Positions 36,590 to 46,847 of a DNA stretch of 64,000 nucleotides are shown here, piece after piece (positions within the stretch are counted from its first letter, which is position 1; each line of letters begins with the position of its first letter). Source of the stretch: Bdellovibrionales bacterium. Lineage in GTDB: Bacteria > Bdellovibrionota > Bdellovibrionia > Bdellovibrionales > UBA1609. The position numbers and the translations under genes were made by a program. The notes beneath the pieces were generated by a model. The model was given only the letters and a program-made list of their open reading frames with translations, searched no databases and was not told the DNA's origin. Where the stretch lies: contig DAHVQG010000004.1 of NCBI GenBank assembly GCA_027317865.1, positions 150,563 through 214,562 of the forward strand, written 5' to 3'.

Positions 36590-36708
36590 TAGACTCCCCC
36601 CAAAATGTTGTTCTGACTTTCTTTTCGACCTCGCGAATAAATACTTGAGAAAACGGCGTAATTTTGGGTTATTGTCCTGCATAGGAATGAGACAAAAAGG
36701 AGCTTTTA

Positions 36709-37014
36709 ATGCTCGTAATTCGTTGGCAAGCCCCCGTGGTACCTGAAAAAAAACAAATCCGTGCTCTTTTTGAAGCAGAAGGTTTGACCCCGACTGAAGA
36801 AGCGTTCCCTCCTGGTACGTTTGTGGATTGGCACAGGCACCGCTTTGATGAAGTCCGTACTGTTGTTGAAGGCGAGATTCTATTTGATGTCGCCGGCAAT
36901 AAACTCTTACTACGACCTGGAGATAAAATCGTTGTGCCGTCAAATACAAAGCACAGCTTTCGAGTTCAAGGCGAGGTTCCGTGTCTGTGTATTGTAGCTA
37001 ATAAGGCACTTTAG
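36709..37014 (+). CDS. Cupin-domain protein
   Basis: AAGGAG SD; WHRHRFDE..VVEGE, LRPGD...VPSNTKH. Confidence 0.85.
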   Translation: MLVIRWQAPVVPEKKQIRALFEAEGLTPTEEAFPPGTFVDWHRHRFDEVRTVVEGEILFDVAGNKLLLRPGDKIVVPSNTKHSFRVQGEVPCLCIVANKAL

Positions 37015-37026
37015 AAGGCGACTGTG

Positions 37027-38385
37027 TCAGTCTGACACGGGGTCGTCGCCGTGCAACCAATCCAAATAGGCGCGAATGTTTTTTTCAAACCCGTGGCCCG
37101 TCGGTTCATAGAATTTCTGCCCCCGCGCCGTTTCAGGTAAAAATTCTTGTCTGATATATCCGGTAGCCGAATCGTGAGAATATTTATAATCAGCTCCATA
37201 ACCCATACGTTTGTTCAATTCAGTTTTAGATGAGCGCAATGCAAGCGGGATCGGCAAAGGACCAGTCTTTTGCACAAATTGACTTGCCGTATCGATTGCT
37301 AAATAAGCACGGTTGGATTTCGGCGCCGAAGCCAGATAAGTCGTAACCTGCGAAAGTGTAATTCGACATTCGGGAAGGCCGATCAGCTCAACCGCGTGAA
37401 GACCAGCCACAGCAACCGACAAACCGCGCGGATCCGCATTACCTATATCTTCGGAGGCCAGAATCACAAGACGACGCGCGATAAAAACCGGATCTTCGCC
37501 GCCTTCAAGCATGCGAGCCAAATAATAAACGGCTGCATCGGGATCGCTACCGCGTACTGATTTGATAAAAGCCGAAATGACGTCATAATGCTGCTCTCCG
37601 CTTTTGTCATACCGTAATCGGCGCTCGCCCAATAGTGCTCGCAACTCTTCAACCTTGTATAATACTCGCTCATTTTGATTCAAACGAAAATAATTTTGCA
37701 AAACGATTTCAACCGAATTGAGCAATCGTCGTGCATCACCATGCGCCGATTCAACAATAAAAGTTTGAGCTTCGGCATCTAATATTTCATTTACTTTGAT
37801 ACCGTTCTTATCAGTTGCCCGCTGAAGTATCGATTGCAATTCTTCTGCTGCAAAGGGTTCAAAAACCAATACCTGGGAGCGGCTCAAAAGTGCGGCGTTA
37901 ATTTCATAGCTCGGATTTTCAGTTGTGGCGCCAATCAGTGTAATATCCCCTGCCTCGGTAAACGGCAAAAGCACGTCCTGTTGGGCGCGGTTAAGGCGAT
38001 GAATTTCATCAATAAAAATGAGGGTTCGCTCGCGAAATTGCACGCGCCGGTCGTGGGCTGAAAGGCCGATTTGGCGGAGTTCTTTCGCCCCGGTATCAAC
38101 CGCACTACAACTAACAAATTGCGCCTTCATTTCTCGACTCAAAAGACGCGCAAATGTTGTTTTACCGGTTCCGGGCGGCCCCCACAAAATGAGGTTTGGT
38201 AAAAAATTGTGCTCCCGTAGCTGCTTTAAAAGCAATTGTTGTCTTTTCGCAAAATCTTTTGAAACGATAAATTCGTCAAAATTTGAGGGCCGCAGCAGCT
38301 CAGCCATTGGTATCAAACTTGAATTTTGCGAATTTTCTGCCGATTCCGGTGTTATAGCTTGCGAGGCTGACTCAAAAAGATCCAT
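37027..38385 (-). CDS. rarA: Replication-associated recombination protein A (MgsA/RarA)
   Basis: LWGPPGTGKTT, FIDEIHRLN..QQD, IGATTENPSY, SAFIKSVRGSDPDAA, ASEDIGNADP. Confidence 0.96.
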   Translation of the reverse strand: MDLFESASQAITPESAENSQNSSLIPMAELLRPSNFDEFIVSKDFAKRQQLLLKQLREHNFLPNLILWGPPGTGKTTFARLLSREMKAQFVSCSAVDTGAKELRQIGLSAHDRRVQFRERTLIFIDEIHRLNRAQQDVLLPFTEAGDITLIGATTENPSYEINAALLSRSQVLVFEPFAAEELQSILQRATDKNGIKVNEILDAEAQTFIVESAHGDARRLLNSVEIVLQNYFRLNQNERVLYKVEELRALLGERRLRYDKSGEQHYDVISAFIKSVRGSDPDAAVYYLARMLEGGEDPVFIARRLVILASEDIGNADPRGLSVAVAGLHAVELIGLPECRITLSQVTTYLASAPKSNRAYLAIDTASQFVQKTGPLPIPLALRSSKTELNKRMGYGADYKYSHDSATGYIRQEFLPETARGQKFYEPTGHGFEKNIRAYLDWLHGDDPVSD

Positions 38386-38474
38386 TTGCAGTCGTTTTAA
38401 ACCGGTTTGATTAAAATCACAACTCAACCCGTTTCAATTTGAGAATCATAATGCGACAAGTGAAGAACTAGACC

Positions 38475-38502
38475 TAAGAATCATGGCGGATTGATCCGAT
38501 AA
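38475..38502 (+). promoter_or_regulatory. Putative sigma28 (FliA)-type promoter
   Basis: TAAG-N16-TCCGATAA upstream of ATG 38534. Confidence 0.5.
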
Positions 38503-38533
38503 GAATCTTAAGAGAAATCGAGGAATTTAGCGT

Positions 38534-39211
38534 ATGGCTCAAAAAGGGACACACGTGCTTTCTAAATTTTGGCTGCGCGCGCCGATTTTAGTGCTTGTAT
38601 TATTGAGTGTTGTTCAATGCGCCAGCGGGAACGCCGATTCAGCGAAAGTCGACATTCAGCTTTTGCCAACGTTACCCATTGTTATTCTGGCAAACGACAC
38701 ACTCACCTACACCGACCCCACCACGAACACGCCATCGACTTATACAATTACAGCGCCTTGGTACATGATGGAGTTGAATATAGCCAATAATTCCACGAAG
38801 TATCTAACGCTCGACGGGTTTACCTACGACGTAAATTATCTGAAAAGCGGGCAAATTCAAACTTCAACCGGTAATTCGTTTAGCGTTCAAAACCTTGATC
38901 CGCGTTATCAGTGCACATCAACCACAAGCGGAACATCTCGCGCTGCTATCGTTGAAGGTTTAGCTCCGGGTGAAACTTACACCGGCTTAAGTGACGAATG
39001 CGACGATTTTAGTTCATCAAGTATCACTACTACAAAAAGCGATATCTATTATATCCAGTCGCTGCCGGCACAAGACAATAACAGCACCAATTACTTTCTC
39101 GAGTTTACCGCTGAAGGATGGTTTGAGGATCTGCCGAGAAATTCGGACGGATCACCGCAAGGCCCGCCTACCGAGCGGTTTGTATGGCAAGGATTCATGG
39201 CCACGCAATAA
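38534..39211 (+). CDS. Hypothetical lipoprotein/secreted protein (Thr/Ser-rich, beta-rich)
   Basis: GAGG SD; hydrophobic segment ending VVQC. Confidence 0.75.
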   Translation: MAQKGTHVLSKFWLRAPILVLVLLSVVQCASGNADSAKVDIQLLPTLPIVILANDTLTYTDPTTNTPSTYTITAPWYMMELNIANNSTKYLTLDGFTYDVNYLKSGQIQTSTGNSFSVQNLDPRYQCTSTTSGTSRAAIVEGLAPGETYTGLSDECDDFSSSSITTTKSDIYYIQSLPAQDNNSTNYFLEFTAEGWFEDLPRNSDGSPQGPPTERFVWQGFMATQ

Positions 39212-39217
39212 CGGAAC

Positions 39218-41428
39218 CTACGTCGCTGCCGTCTGTGACTGCGGATTTAAAATCCGTGGCGTGAGAAACAATAGGAGTTCCGTTTTCTGGCTATCCGTGG
39301 ATTTATTTTTAAATAACCACCCCAAACCGGGAATGTGATCGAGCCAAGGTACCCCCTGGGTCGTTTTTGTTGTGTCATCTTCGTAAATTCCACCTATGAC
39401 CGCCGTTTGCCCATTTGGCACAAGAACTTCAGTATCCGCCTCGCGCGTATTGATTGGGCGCGCGCCGGACGTTGGGTCAACAACCGCGCCTGCAAATTGC
39501 CGAATCAAGTGGACATTTAATATCACGCTACCGGCAGCCGTAATTTGTGGCGTAACTTTTAAACTCAAACTGACATTCTTTGCGACCGGTTGCGACGTTT
39601 GAGTTTGGGTTGTGTTATCTAAAATGTGTGTCACGTAAATCACCTGGCCTTTTTGGATAATTTGGGCGGTGTGTTTGTTCATTGTGACAATTCGTGGAGA
39701 CGAAATGATTCGCACCAGTTGATCTGTTTCAGCCAAGTTGAGAAGTGCACTCAAATTACCCACAAAATCAAGAACCCCGACGTTGAGGTGCGCAATAGCT
39801 CCAGTTGAACCTTGAGTCGTGTCAACTGGCGAAACCGATAAAGACGAACTATACGTAATCGGGCTGTGATCAAAGCCACCTGAGCTTGAAAGTTGAGATT
39901 GGGTGCCCCCGAAACCCCAATTTACACCAATGCTTCGTGAAAAGTTGTTTTGTGCTTCGACGACTTTGCCTTCGATCTCCACCTGAGCTGGTGGAATATC
40001 GAGAGCTTTGATCAATTTTGTCACTCTGGCCAGCACATCAGCCGTGTCGGTGATAATCAGCGAACTCGTGCGCGGGTCACTTACGACTTTACCTCGGCTC
40101 GGAGTTAAAAACGGTTGAATTTGGTTAACGAGGTCTTTTACGTTGGCATAGCTGACGGGAATGACTTTCACCTTCAATGGCGTCAGGTTCTTTTGCGACT
40201 CGATGATGGTCTTTTCTTGTTTGGCTTGGGCCTCAAGAGCAGAAAGTTTCATAATTCGCAAAACATTACCCTGGCGAATGTACCCAAGACCTTCGGAATC
40301 CATGACAATAACCAAAGCTTGATCCCAGGGAACTTGTCGGAGTTTTAACGAGATTTTTCCTTTAACGTCGTCGTCCATGACGATGTTGACGCCACTTTGG
40401 TCGGCAATAAAATTGATCACGTCGCGTACGTTGGCATTGTTGGTTTCAATAGAAATCGGCCGGCCAAAAAACTTATTGCTCCCCATGAGAAACTGTTCGA
40501 GAGTTCGTGCGCCCAAAATTTGTCGTGATTTTTCAGCCTTTTCGACATTGTAGGACGCCTTGTCGCCTGCGCTGTAGCCGACGGCTCCGCCTGTACCGCT
40601 ACCGGTCTGCGCACCCCCGCCTGAAGACGCAAGGGGTGTTCCGCTACTTGCTGGCGTTAACAAAATCGCATTACCCACCTGCGAAACAACAGGTTGATCC
40701 GCATTATTCTTCATTTGCACTACGATTCGCGCGGAACTGCTCCCCGGGTTTTGATAGGCGTTAATCTCTCCAAACGGCGAATTGAAATCGTTCATTATGT
40801 AAGGTCGTTGCAAACTTGCGGGTAAGGTCGAGTTCGGAATTTTAATGACCGTCTGATTTGTGTCTGGATTGGTGCGGACTGAATAAGTCGTTGGCTGATC
40901 TGTTTTGATTTCTACCGACCCACCATCCGCTGATGAAATAAATCGAATACTTTTAACAGTTGTTTGCGGCGCCGCAGATGTACTCTCCGACGAACTTTGA
41001 GTTGAGCCCTGAGACGCGGTTTGATTTTCGGCACTGCCTTGTTCGGGTGGAGGGGTCATAAGCTCGCTTAGCGAACTTGAAGATGAGCCCGATGGAGAAG
41101 AGCTAGATGACGATGATCCTAAGCTTGTTGGAGATGAAACCGTCGATTGTGAAGATGTCGATTGGGTAGACGTCGAAGATTGAGACGCGGTTGCCGATGG
41201 AGATGAAGTTGACGGCTGCGACGACATTAAAGCTTCAAGATCAGACGTATCGCTTTGATTGCCACTCGAAGATTGCGACGGACTTGAAGACGGTTGCTGA
41301 TTACTTGAAAGTTCGTTCACCGCAGCCATTAAATCTTGATCATTAGATGCCTTTGGTTTTGAGGCACACCGGCTGAGGGCAATAATCGCGATTGCCGCAA
41401 AAATGAGTTTTAATTTCGTGTTCGACAT
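39218..41428 (-). CDS. pilQ: Type IV pilus secretin with Ser-rich linker and AMIN-like domain
   Basis: VPWDQAL, DPRTSSLIITD, QVEIEGKVVE, SSPRIVT, LKVTPQIT, GQTAVIGGI, VPWL..IPGLGWLFK, ELLLFLTPRI. Confidence 0.95.
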   Translation of the reverse strand: MSNTKLKLIFAAIAIIALSRCASKPKASNDQDLMAAVNELSSNQQPSSSPSQSSSGNQSDTSDLEALMSSQPSTSSPSATASQSSTSTQSTSSQSTVSSPTSLGSSSSSSSPSGSSSSSLSELMTPPPEQGSAENQTASQGSTQSSSESTSAAPQTTVKSIRFISSADGGSVEIKTDQPTTYSVRTNPDTNQTVIKIPNSTLPASLQRPYIMNDFNSPFGEINAYQNPGSSSARIVVQMKNNADQPVVSQVGNAILLTPASSGTPLASSGGGAQTGSGTGGAVGYSAGDKASYNVEKAEKSRQILGARTLEQFLMGSNKFFGRPISIETNNANVRDVINFIADQSGVNIVMDDDVKGKISLKLRQVPWDQALVIVMDSEGLGYIRQGNVLRIMKLSALEAQAKQEKTIIESQKNLTPLKVKVIPVSYANVKDLVNQIQPFLTPSRGKVVSDPRTSSLIITDTADVLARVTKLIKALDIPPAQVEIEGKVVEAQNNFSRSIGVNWGFGGTQSQLSSSGGFDHSPITYSSSLSVSPVDTTQGSTGAIAHLNVGVLDFVGNLSALLNLAETDQLVRIISSPRIVTMNKHTAQIIQKGQVIYVTHILDNTTQTQTSQPVAKNVSLSLKVTPQITAAGSVILNVHLIRQFAGAVVDPTSGARPINTREADTEVLVPNGQTAVIGGIYEDDTTKTTQGVPWLDHIPGLGWLFKNKSTDSQKTELLLFLTPRILNPQSQTAAT

Positions 41429-41442
41429 AATCGTATAACTCC

Positions 41443-41928
41443 TCACTGGCTGTTATGATCAATCTGCAAAATACGCGGCGAATAAACAGCCTGACCGTTG
41501 TAATTTCGAGCTTCCATAACGACTACTTCGCCATCGCGAATCGCCGCAATATATCCGTGTTTGCGGCCGATTCGATCATCTATACCCAAAATGTATGTGT
41601 GACCTTGAGGGTCCATAAACATCGCCTTCGGATTTCGGACATTCCACATAATGGCAACCAATTTTATTTCATCTAAATTATAGCGTTCAAGCGGAGAACC
41701 GGGCAGCATCGGATTTGGACCTGACGAACTAACTATTGCGGGCGGCTGAAATGGGTTGCGTTGACCTTGGCCAAAATCAAAAGTAAAAGGCTCCAAAAAT
41801 GGCACATTATTATCAATCGCCGAACTGCCTGGTTGAACGGTAGAATTTGCCGCTGCCCAAGATCGAACGGGACAAAAGGCCATTAAAGCAAAAAGCAGAA
41901 TGTTGCTAACCAGCATTTTAACGGTCAC
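41443..41928 (-). CDS. pilP: Type IV pilus assembly protein PilP
   Basis: RNPFQP, PLERYNLDEIKLVAI, DRIGRKHGYI; operon position. Confidence 0.9.
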   Translation of the reverse strand: MTVKMLVSNILLFALMAFCPVRSWAAANSTVQPGSSAIDNNVPFLEPFTFDFGQGQRNPFQPPAIVSSSGPNPMLPGSPLERYNLDEIKLVAIMWNVRNPKAMFMDPQGHTYILGIDDRIGRKHGYIAAIRDGEVVVMEARNYNGQAVYSPRILQIDHNSQ

Positions 41929-42536
41929 GGTTTAGCCCCTTTCACGGAATTTTGGGCGAGAAATCGGTAGGCGGCTAAATTAGAACGAAAACTAATAACA
42001 GGTGCCGATGATCCAGCAGTAGCCATTTGTGAACTTATCGTGAGATTCTCAACCGTTACTATTTTGTTGAGTGCGGTCAAGCTCGACATAAATTGCATCA
42101 CCTGGTTGTACGTTCCTGTAAGCTGAACAGAAACCACAACCGGCTCAAAAAAGACTTTCTTTTTCGAACCATAATTTGTTGATCGGAACGAACTCCCGGG
42201 CGCCACAGAATTAATTTGCAGCCCCGTCGACTTGGCTTCGTTCGATATGGTCTGCATGAGATCCAGCGAAGTTAACTGAGTGGGTATGGCTTTAATTACG
42301 TTTTGCATTTCAGCGCCGAGAGTCGCCTTAACCAGCTTATACGTTTTAGCCGCTTGAATCGCCCGGTTAATGCTCGCAATCTGCTGTTGGTCTTTCGTAA
42401 TATTTTGACGCCCTCGCTGGATTTCCAACCGCAACATCGCGCCGTTGTTGTACAGAAAATAATAGTAACCGGCAGCAATGGCCAGGCCAATGAGTACCGC
42501 CTTACCTATCGTCAAATTTCTTATCCACTGTTCCAT
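41925..42536 (-). CDS. pilO: Type IV pilus assembly protein PilO
   Basis: N-terminal TM, coiled coil, GTYNQVMQFM..L..L.KIV. Confidence 0.9.
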   Translation of the reverse strand: MEQWIRNLTIGKAVLIGLAIAAGYYYFLYNNGAMLRLEIQRGRQNITKDQQQIASINRAIQAAKTYKLVKATLGAEMQNVIKAIPTQLTSLDLMQTISNEAKSTGLQINSVAPGSSFRSTNYGSKKKVFFEPVVVSVQLTGTYNQVMQFMSSLTALNKIVTVENLTISSQMATAGSSAPVISFRSNLAAYRFLAQNSVKGAKP

Positions 42537-42546
42537 AATCGCTTAC

Positions 42547-43167
42547 CTAATCAAACGTGCCTAATTCACTCGATATTTCAAAAGACGTGATCGTCCCAGA
42601 AGCGCCCTGTTCATCCACCGCCTTCAACAACAATACATTCTTAAAATACGATTTTTGGCTTTCAAGTTTGTTCAAAAATTGATTGAGCTGGTCGTCGGTC
42701 AACGACGATCCAATTAAATCTAGTTTATCCCCTTTGAACGCAATTGATTTGAGCCAAACCTTATCCGGTATATTATTTTGAATATAACTGATCGCCTTGA
42801 TGTCTTGCAGACGCACCTTCGATAAATCTTTAATAATTTTGATTCGGCGCTGAAGCTCTTTAACGTCTTTCTCCATTTGTTTAGCGCGATTTGCCGCAAC
42901 TTGATTTTTTCTAATCTGCGCCTGCAAGGATCGCGCCTGAAATTGCACGTCTTGAAGTTGATCGGTTAAATTGCTGATGTTGTATTTTTGGTAAGCGAAC
43001 AACCCGACCACCCAAATCAACAACATTATTATTTTTGTCGCAGTGGCCTTGTTATCGTTTGCCAAACCGTCACTGGTGGACTGAATTGTGGTAAATTCGC
43101 TGACTTGGCTCGCAACCGTACCCACTTGCGTGCCGCCGCGATTTTTTAGGAGATTTACCCGTATCAA
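42547..43167 (-). CDS. pilN: Type IV pilus assembly protein PilN
   Basis: GGAGG SD plus TTG 43167; IRVNLL motif, TM, IPDKVWL. Confidence 0.9.
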   Translation of the reverse strand: MIRVNLLKNRGGTQVGTVASQVSEFTTIQSTSDGLANDNKATATKIIMLLIWVVGLFAYQKYNISNLTDQLQDVQFQARSLQAQIRKNQVAANRAKQMEKDVKELQRRIKIIKDLSKVRLQDIKAISYIQNNIPDKVWLKSIAFKGDKLDLIGSSLTDDQLNQFLNKLESQKSYFKNVLLLKAVDEQGASGTITSFEISSELGTFD

Positions 43168-43168
43168 C

Positions 43169-44215
43169 TCAGTCCTCCACAGTCCGCAATCCCAGGCCGA
43201 TCGCAATCGCGGCAAGGTCTCGGATCTGATCGATGTAACTAGGCGCAAAAGACTTGGGATTGGTCTTTATTGTCAGAAACGGGTCGAGCAGCTCGCACGA
43301 AACAATTTTATTTAAACGGTCCGTCAGGCCTACCGTACGCGAAGCGCCGCCCGTAACAAAGCAGCGGGTTACGTTATGAGCGTTAGCTGAATTTAAATAA
43401 AAATCAAAACTCGCTTTGATTTCGTCGGCCAACACATCGCTTGTGGCATTCAAAATATCCTGCGCATCGGCGGGAGTGGCTTTGTCTTTTCCGATACTGA
43501 GTTTAATAGCTTCGGCTTCTTCTTGGCTTATATTTAAACCCTTTTGCAAATCGGTGGTGTAGTTCATCCCCCCGACGGGTATGTCGCGAGAAAACACAAC
43601 TTCTTTATTATCCACGACCACCATTGTGGTACTTGTGGCGCCGAGATTGAGCAGGGCAATCGATTGGCCCTCTAAATCGCCGTAATTGGCTTTGAAACAA
43701 TTGGCCAGCGCAAACCCCGCAACATCGAGTACCGCGCAATTGAGCCCGGCCAGCGAAATTGCTTCTGCGTATTTGAAAACATGCCCTTGAATCGCGGCAA
43801 CTAGCAATAGATCCATGTTTTCAGGCGACACATTTGTTTTTAAAATTTCATATTCCAAATTAACTTCATTTATGTCGTAGGGAATATACTGCTCAGCCTC
43901 CCAGCGTATTTGCTCGGGTATCAACTTTTCATCTATTCGCGGTATCGTGATTTTTTTAACCATCACTGAAGTACCGCTTAACGCCGTTGCAACATGAGTT
44001 CTTTTGGACTGGATTTGAGTGACAAGCGCGCGAATCGTATCGGCAATCGCCTGAGGGTTTAAAATTTCGCCGCCGGCAAATGAGTTTGGTGGTGTGGGTG
44101 CCACTCCAAAAGCTAGAAGTGTCGAGCGACTGCGCGCAGAATCCAGCTCCGCCATTTTGATCGTCGCTGACCCCACGTCGAGGGCCAAGATTTTTTTCTT
44201 GTTAAACAAAAACAT
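43169..44215 (-). CDS. pilM: Type IV pilus assembly protein PilM
   Basis: LDVGSATIK, WEAEQYIPY, LLVAA, VTGGAS, AIAIGLGLR. Confidence 0.95.
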   Translation of the reverse strand: MFLFNKKKILALDVGSATIKMAELDSARSRSTLLAFGVAPTPPNSFAGGEILNPQAIADTIRALVTQIQSKRTHVATALSGTSVMVKKITIPRIDEKLIPEQIRWEAEQYIPYDINEVNLEYEILKTNVSPENMDLLLVAAIQGHVFKYAEAISLAGLNCAVLDVAGFALANCFKANYGDLEGQSIALLNLGATSTTMVVVDNKEVVFSRDIPVGGMNYTTDLQKGLNISQEEAEAIKLSIGKDKATPADAQDILNATSDVLADEIKASFDFYLNSANAHNVTRCFVTGGASRTVGLTDRLNKIVSCELLDPFLTIKTNPKSFAPSYIDQIRDLAAIAIGLGLRTVED

Positions 44216-44327
44216 AGGTCTGACCCATCCATGGCCTTTGGCGAGAAAACCGCCAAATACTCGATCCTACTAAAGATTAGATCGAACGCGTCATCAAATG
44301 TCAATTAAGCCAAACCCGTAGAAAAGC

Positions 44328-45116
44328 TTAAAGAGACGGAATGAACATGTGAATGTATGCAAGACTTAGTGCCCGGCCAAAAAATATGTAGAGAATCGCC
44401 GCGAGCGAAAGATACGGGCCAAATGGTATTGCGTAATTCATGCCTCGGCGGTCTTTCAAAACAAGCGCAAGACCGACTAGACTTCCGACTAGACTTGCGC
44501 AAATGATCACAAACGGGATTGAAGTCCAGCCAAGCACGGCGCCGATCCAAGCGAGAAGTTTAATATCTCCCCCACCCATGCCTTCTCTATTGCGGATGGC
44601 TGCATATATAACGGCAATACCCCATAGAAATCCGCCGCCCAAAATCACTCCCCAAAGTGCCGGTAAAAAATGTCTTTCTGGGTTCAGAGCCGCGCCGATG
44701 AGACCCACGGCAATTCCGCCGAGCGTGAATTCGTCAGGCAAAATCATGTTGTCAAAATCGATGAAGCTTACCGTGACGAGCCCGAACACCAAAATCAAAT
44801 ATTCGAGCAGTAGGTAGGACCAACCAACCTTGAGATACACGCAGCCGAACAAGATGGCCATCAGCCATTCCACGAGAACATACCGGATGGAAAAACGCGC
44901 GCCACAATGACGGCATTTGCCACGTAAAATGAACCACGAAAATAACGGAATGTTGTCGTACCACGCGATCATCTTTTTACATGCATTACAGTGGCTGCGC
45001 GGCCGCACAACACTGAGATTTTTCGGCAACCTGTAAATAACAACATTGGCAAAGCTGCCCCAGAGAGCTCCAAGAACGAAAACTAAAATAAAAATGGCAT
45101 CAAACGAACCGTGCAC
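44328..45116 (-). CDS. pilD: Prepilin peptidase/N-methyltransferase
   Basis: GSFANVVIYRLP, two CxxC, IDFD..ILPD, GMGGGDIKL, IPFGPYL; GTG 45116. Confidence 0.95.
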   Translation of the reverse strand: MHGSFDAIFILVFVLGALWGSFANVVIYRLPKNLSVVRPRSHCNACKKMIAWYDNIPLFSWFILRGKCRHCGARFSIRYVLVEWLMAILFGCVYLKVGWSYLLLEYLILVFGLVTVSFIDFDNMILPDEFTLGGIAVGLIGAALNPERHFLPALWGVILGGGFLWGIAVIYAAIRNREGMGGGDIKLLAWIGAVLGWTSIPFVIICASLVGSLVGLALVLKDRRGMNYAIPFGPYLSLAAILYIFFGRALSLAYIHMFIPSL

Positions 45117-45118
45117 AT

Positions 45119-45886
45119 TCACCCGAGATCGCGTTGTCCGAGAATCATAGAACTTAACGAAATCAAAAGCGCGGCCCATGCGAGGCTATAAACGCTCACC
45201 CAAATCACGTTACCGTAGTTCACGGGGGTGTGATAAACGAATAGCGCGCGCCAGTTAAAGTATTCGAGATTCGGAAAGACCGCACGCGTAACACGAGCTA
45301 CCGCGAGAAAAACCGGATCCTGACTGCGTTTAGCAAAATATTTTAAACTCTGTAGCCAATGACCGATTAAAAATACCCCGAGCGCGAACGATACCGCTAA
45401 CATTGGCGAGGCAAAAGTTCCAAAAAACAACGTCACACACAATAACACCGCAGCTTCAAGAATCACCCCGTATAAGCCAATTAAAAAGGCCATATTCGGC
45501 GCGAGTTTAAGGGCGAACAAAATCGTCGCAAGAACTCCGGCTAAAAGTGCAATACAAACCACGATTACACCAAGTAAGCCAAGACTCTTACCGACGACAA
45601 ATTGTGTGCGCGAAATGGGCCGCACCAGTAAAGTCATGATCGTCTTCTTTTCGATCTCACGCCCAACTAACGTACTACCGACAAAAATTGAAAGAATAAC
45701 CGCACTAAGATGAATAGCCGCAAAACCAAAATCGACTGTTATACGCGCTTGCGCGGCAAAACTTAGCTGCCCCAAGGCCAGGCTCAACGCTATAAGAAGT
45801 ACCGCAAAAACCAACAACCCGTACAAAATGCGGTCGCGCATGATTTCACGAAACGTATTTCGCGCAATAATCAAAACTGGTTTCAT
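45119..45886 (-). CDS. pilI: ABC transporter permease, PilI-like
   Basis: IARNTFRE, EIEKKTI..LL.RPISR..FVVGK; context between the ATPase and pilD. Confidence 0.75.
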   Translation of the reverse strand: MKPVLIIARNTFREIMRDRILYGLLVFAVLLIALSLALGQLSFAAQARITVDFGFAAIHLSAVILSIFVGSTLVGREIEKKTIMTLLVRPISRTQFVVGKSLGLLGVIVVCIALLAGVLATILFALKLAPNMAFLIGLYGVILEAAVLLCVTLFFGTFASPMLAVSFALGVFLIGHWLQSLKYFAKRSQDPVFLAVARVTRAVFPNLEYFNWRALFVYHTPVNYGNVIWVSVYSLAWAALLISLSSMILGQRDLG

Positions 45887-46761
45887 GTTCCATCTCCGCG
45901 CAACCCCATTTTGATAAACGCCTGCTCGAGATTTCGGTCCTTTTTGACTTCGACAATTTGAGCGCCGTCATTTAGCAACTCTTTCAGTTTGTCTTGTACG
46001 GCCGCATCTGATTCAACGCGAACCGTTTCTTCATGACCACTGGTTAAATATCGAATAATCGCCGTATCGCCCATTTTGGCCAAAAACGGCGCGAGCCCCC
46101 CCTCGTAGTTCACAACCCCATTGCGCATGATTACAAGGCGCTCACATAAAGCTTCGGCGTCGTTGAGTAAGTGACTCGAAAAAAACACGCAACGGCCTTC
46201 TCGAGCTGTCTCGCGAATAATCTCAGCCAAATAATAGCGGCCGTCAGGGTCAAGACCCGACATGGGTTCGTCAAGAATCACAAGCTCGGGGTCGTGAATC
46301 AGTGCCTGCGCCACTCCAATTTTTTGAAGCATTCCCTTTGAAAATTCTTTTAATTTTTTATCGCGCGCATGCCACAAATCGACACGCTTTAACAGCGACT
46401 CGGACTTCTGCTTTAAATCCCGCCGCTTGAGCTGACTTGACAGTTGACCATAGAACTCCAAAAACTCAATACCCGTCAGGTACTCGTAGAAATATGGCCG
46501 TTCGGGCAAAAACCCGATTCGTTTCTTCACGACCTCATTTAGCTCTTGGTCACCAAAGAAACGCACGGTCCCGGAATCAGCAAAGGCAAGGCCTAACAAA
46601 CATTTAATAGTCGTTGTTTTACCGGCGCCGTTGCCGCCTAGAAACCCCGTTATGGATCTTTCTGGCAGCTCGAAGCTTACACCGTTTAAGACTTTATGGC
46701 GTTTCGGAATAAATCCGTGGCGATATGACTTCTCAAGTTGCGCGACCTTAAGAATGGACAT
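45883..46761 (-). CDS. pilH: ABC transporter ATPase, PilH-like
   Basis: GGNGAGKTT, FSKGMLQ, ILDEPMSGLDP, SSH; pil cluster context. Confidence 0.8.
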   Translation of the reverse strand: MSILKVAQLEKSYRHGFIPKRHKVLNGVSFELPERSITGFLGGNGAGKTTTIKCLLGLAFADSGTVRFFGDQELNEVVKKRIGFLPERPYFYEYLTGIEFLEFYGQLSSQLKRRDLKQKSESLLKRVDLWHARDKKLKEFSKGMLQKIGVAQALIHDPELVILDEPMSGLDPDGRYYLAEIIRETAREGRCVFFSSHLLNDAEALCERLVIMRNGVVNYEGGLAPFLAKMGDTAIIRYLTSGHEETVRVESDAAVQDKLKELLNDGAQIVEVKKDRNLEQAFIKMGLRGDGT

Positions 46762-46847
46762 AAAACTCCACAGTTGCTTGTCCTACAGGGCTTGGTTAAA
46801 ACTGCTCAAACATTGAACCACGATTTTAAAATCGCGTCGAGGTGTAA

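Noticed and set aside
36590..36949. N-terminal 120 aa of the 296-aa ORF 36059-36949
   Set aside because: Antisense to the cupin gene; an SD supports a start at 36589 or later
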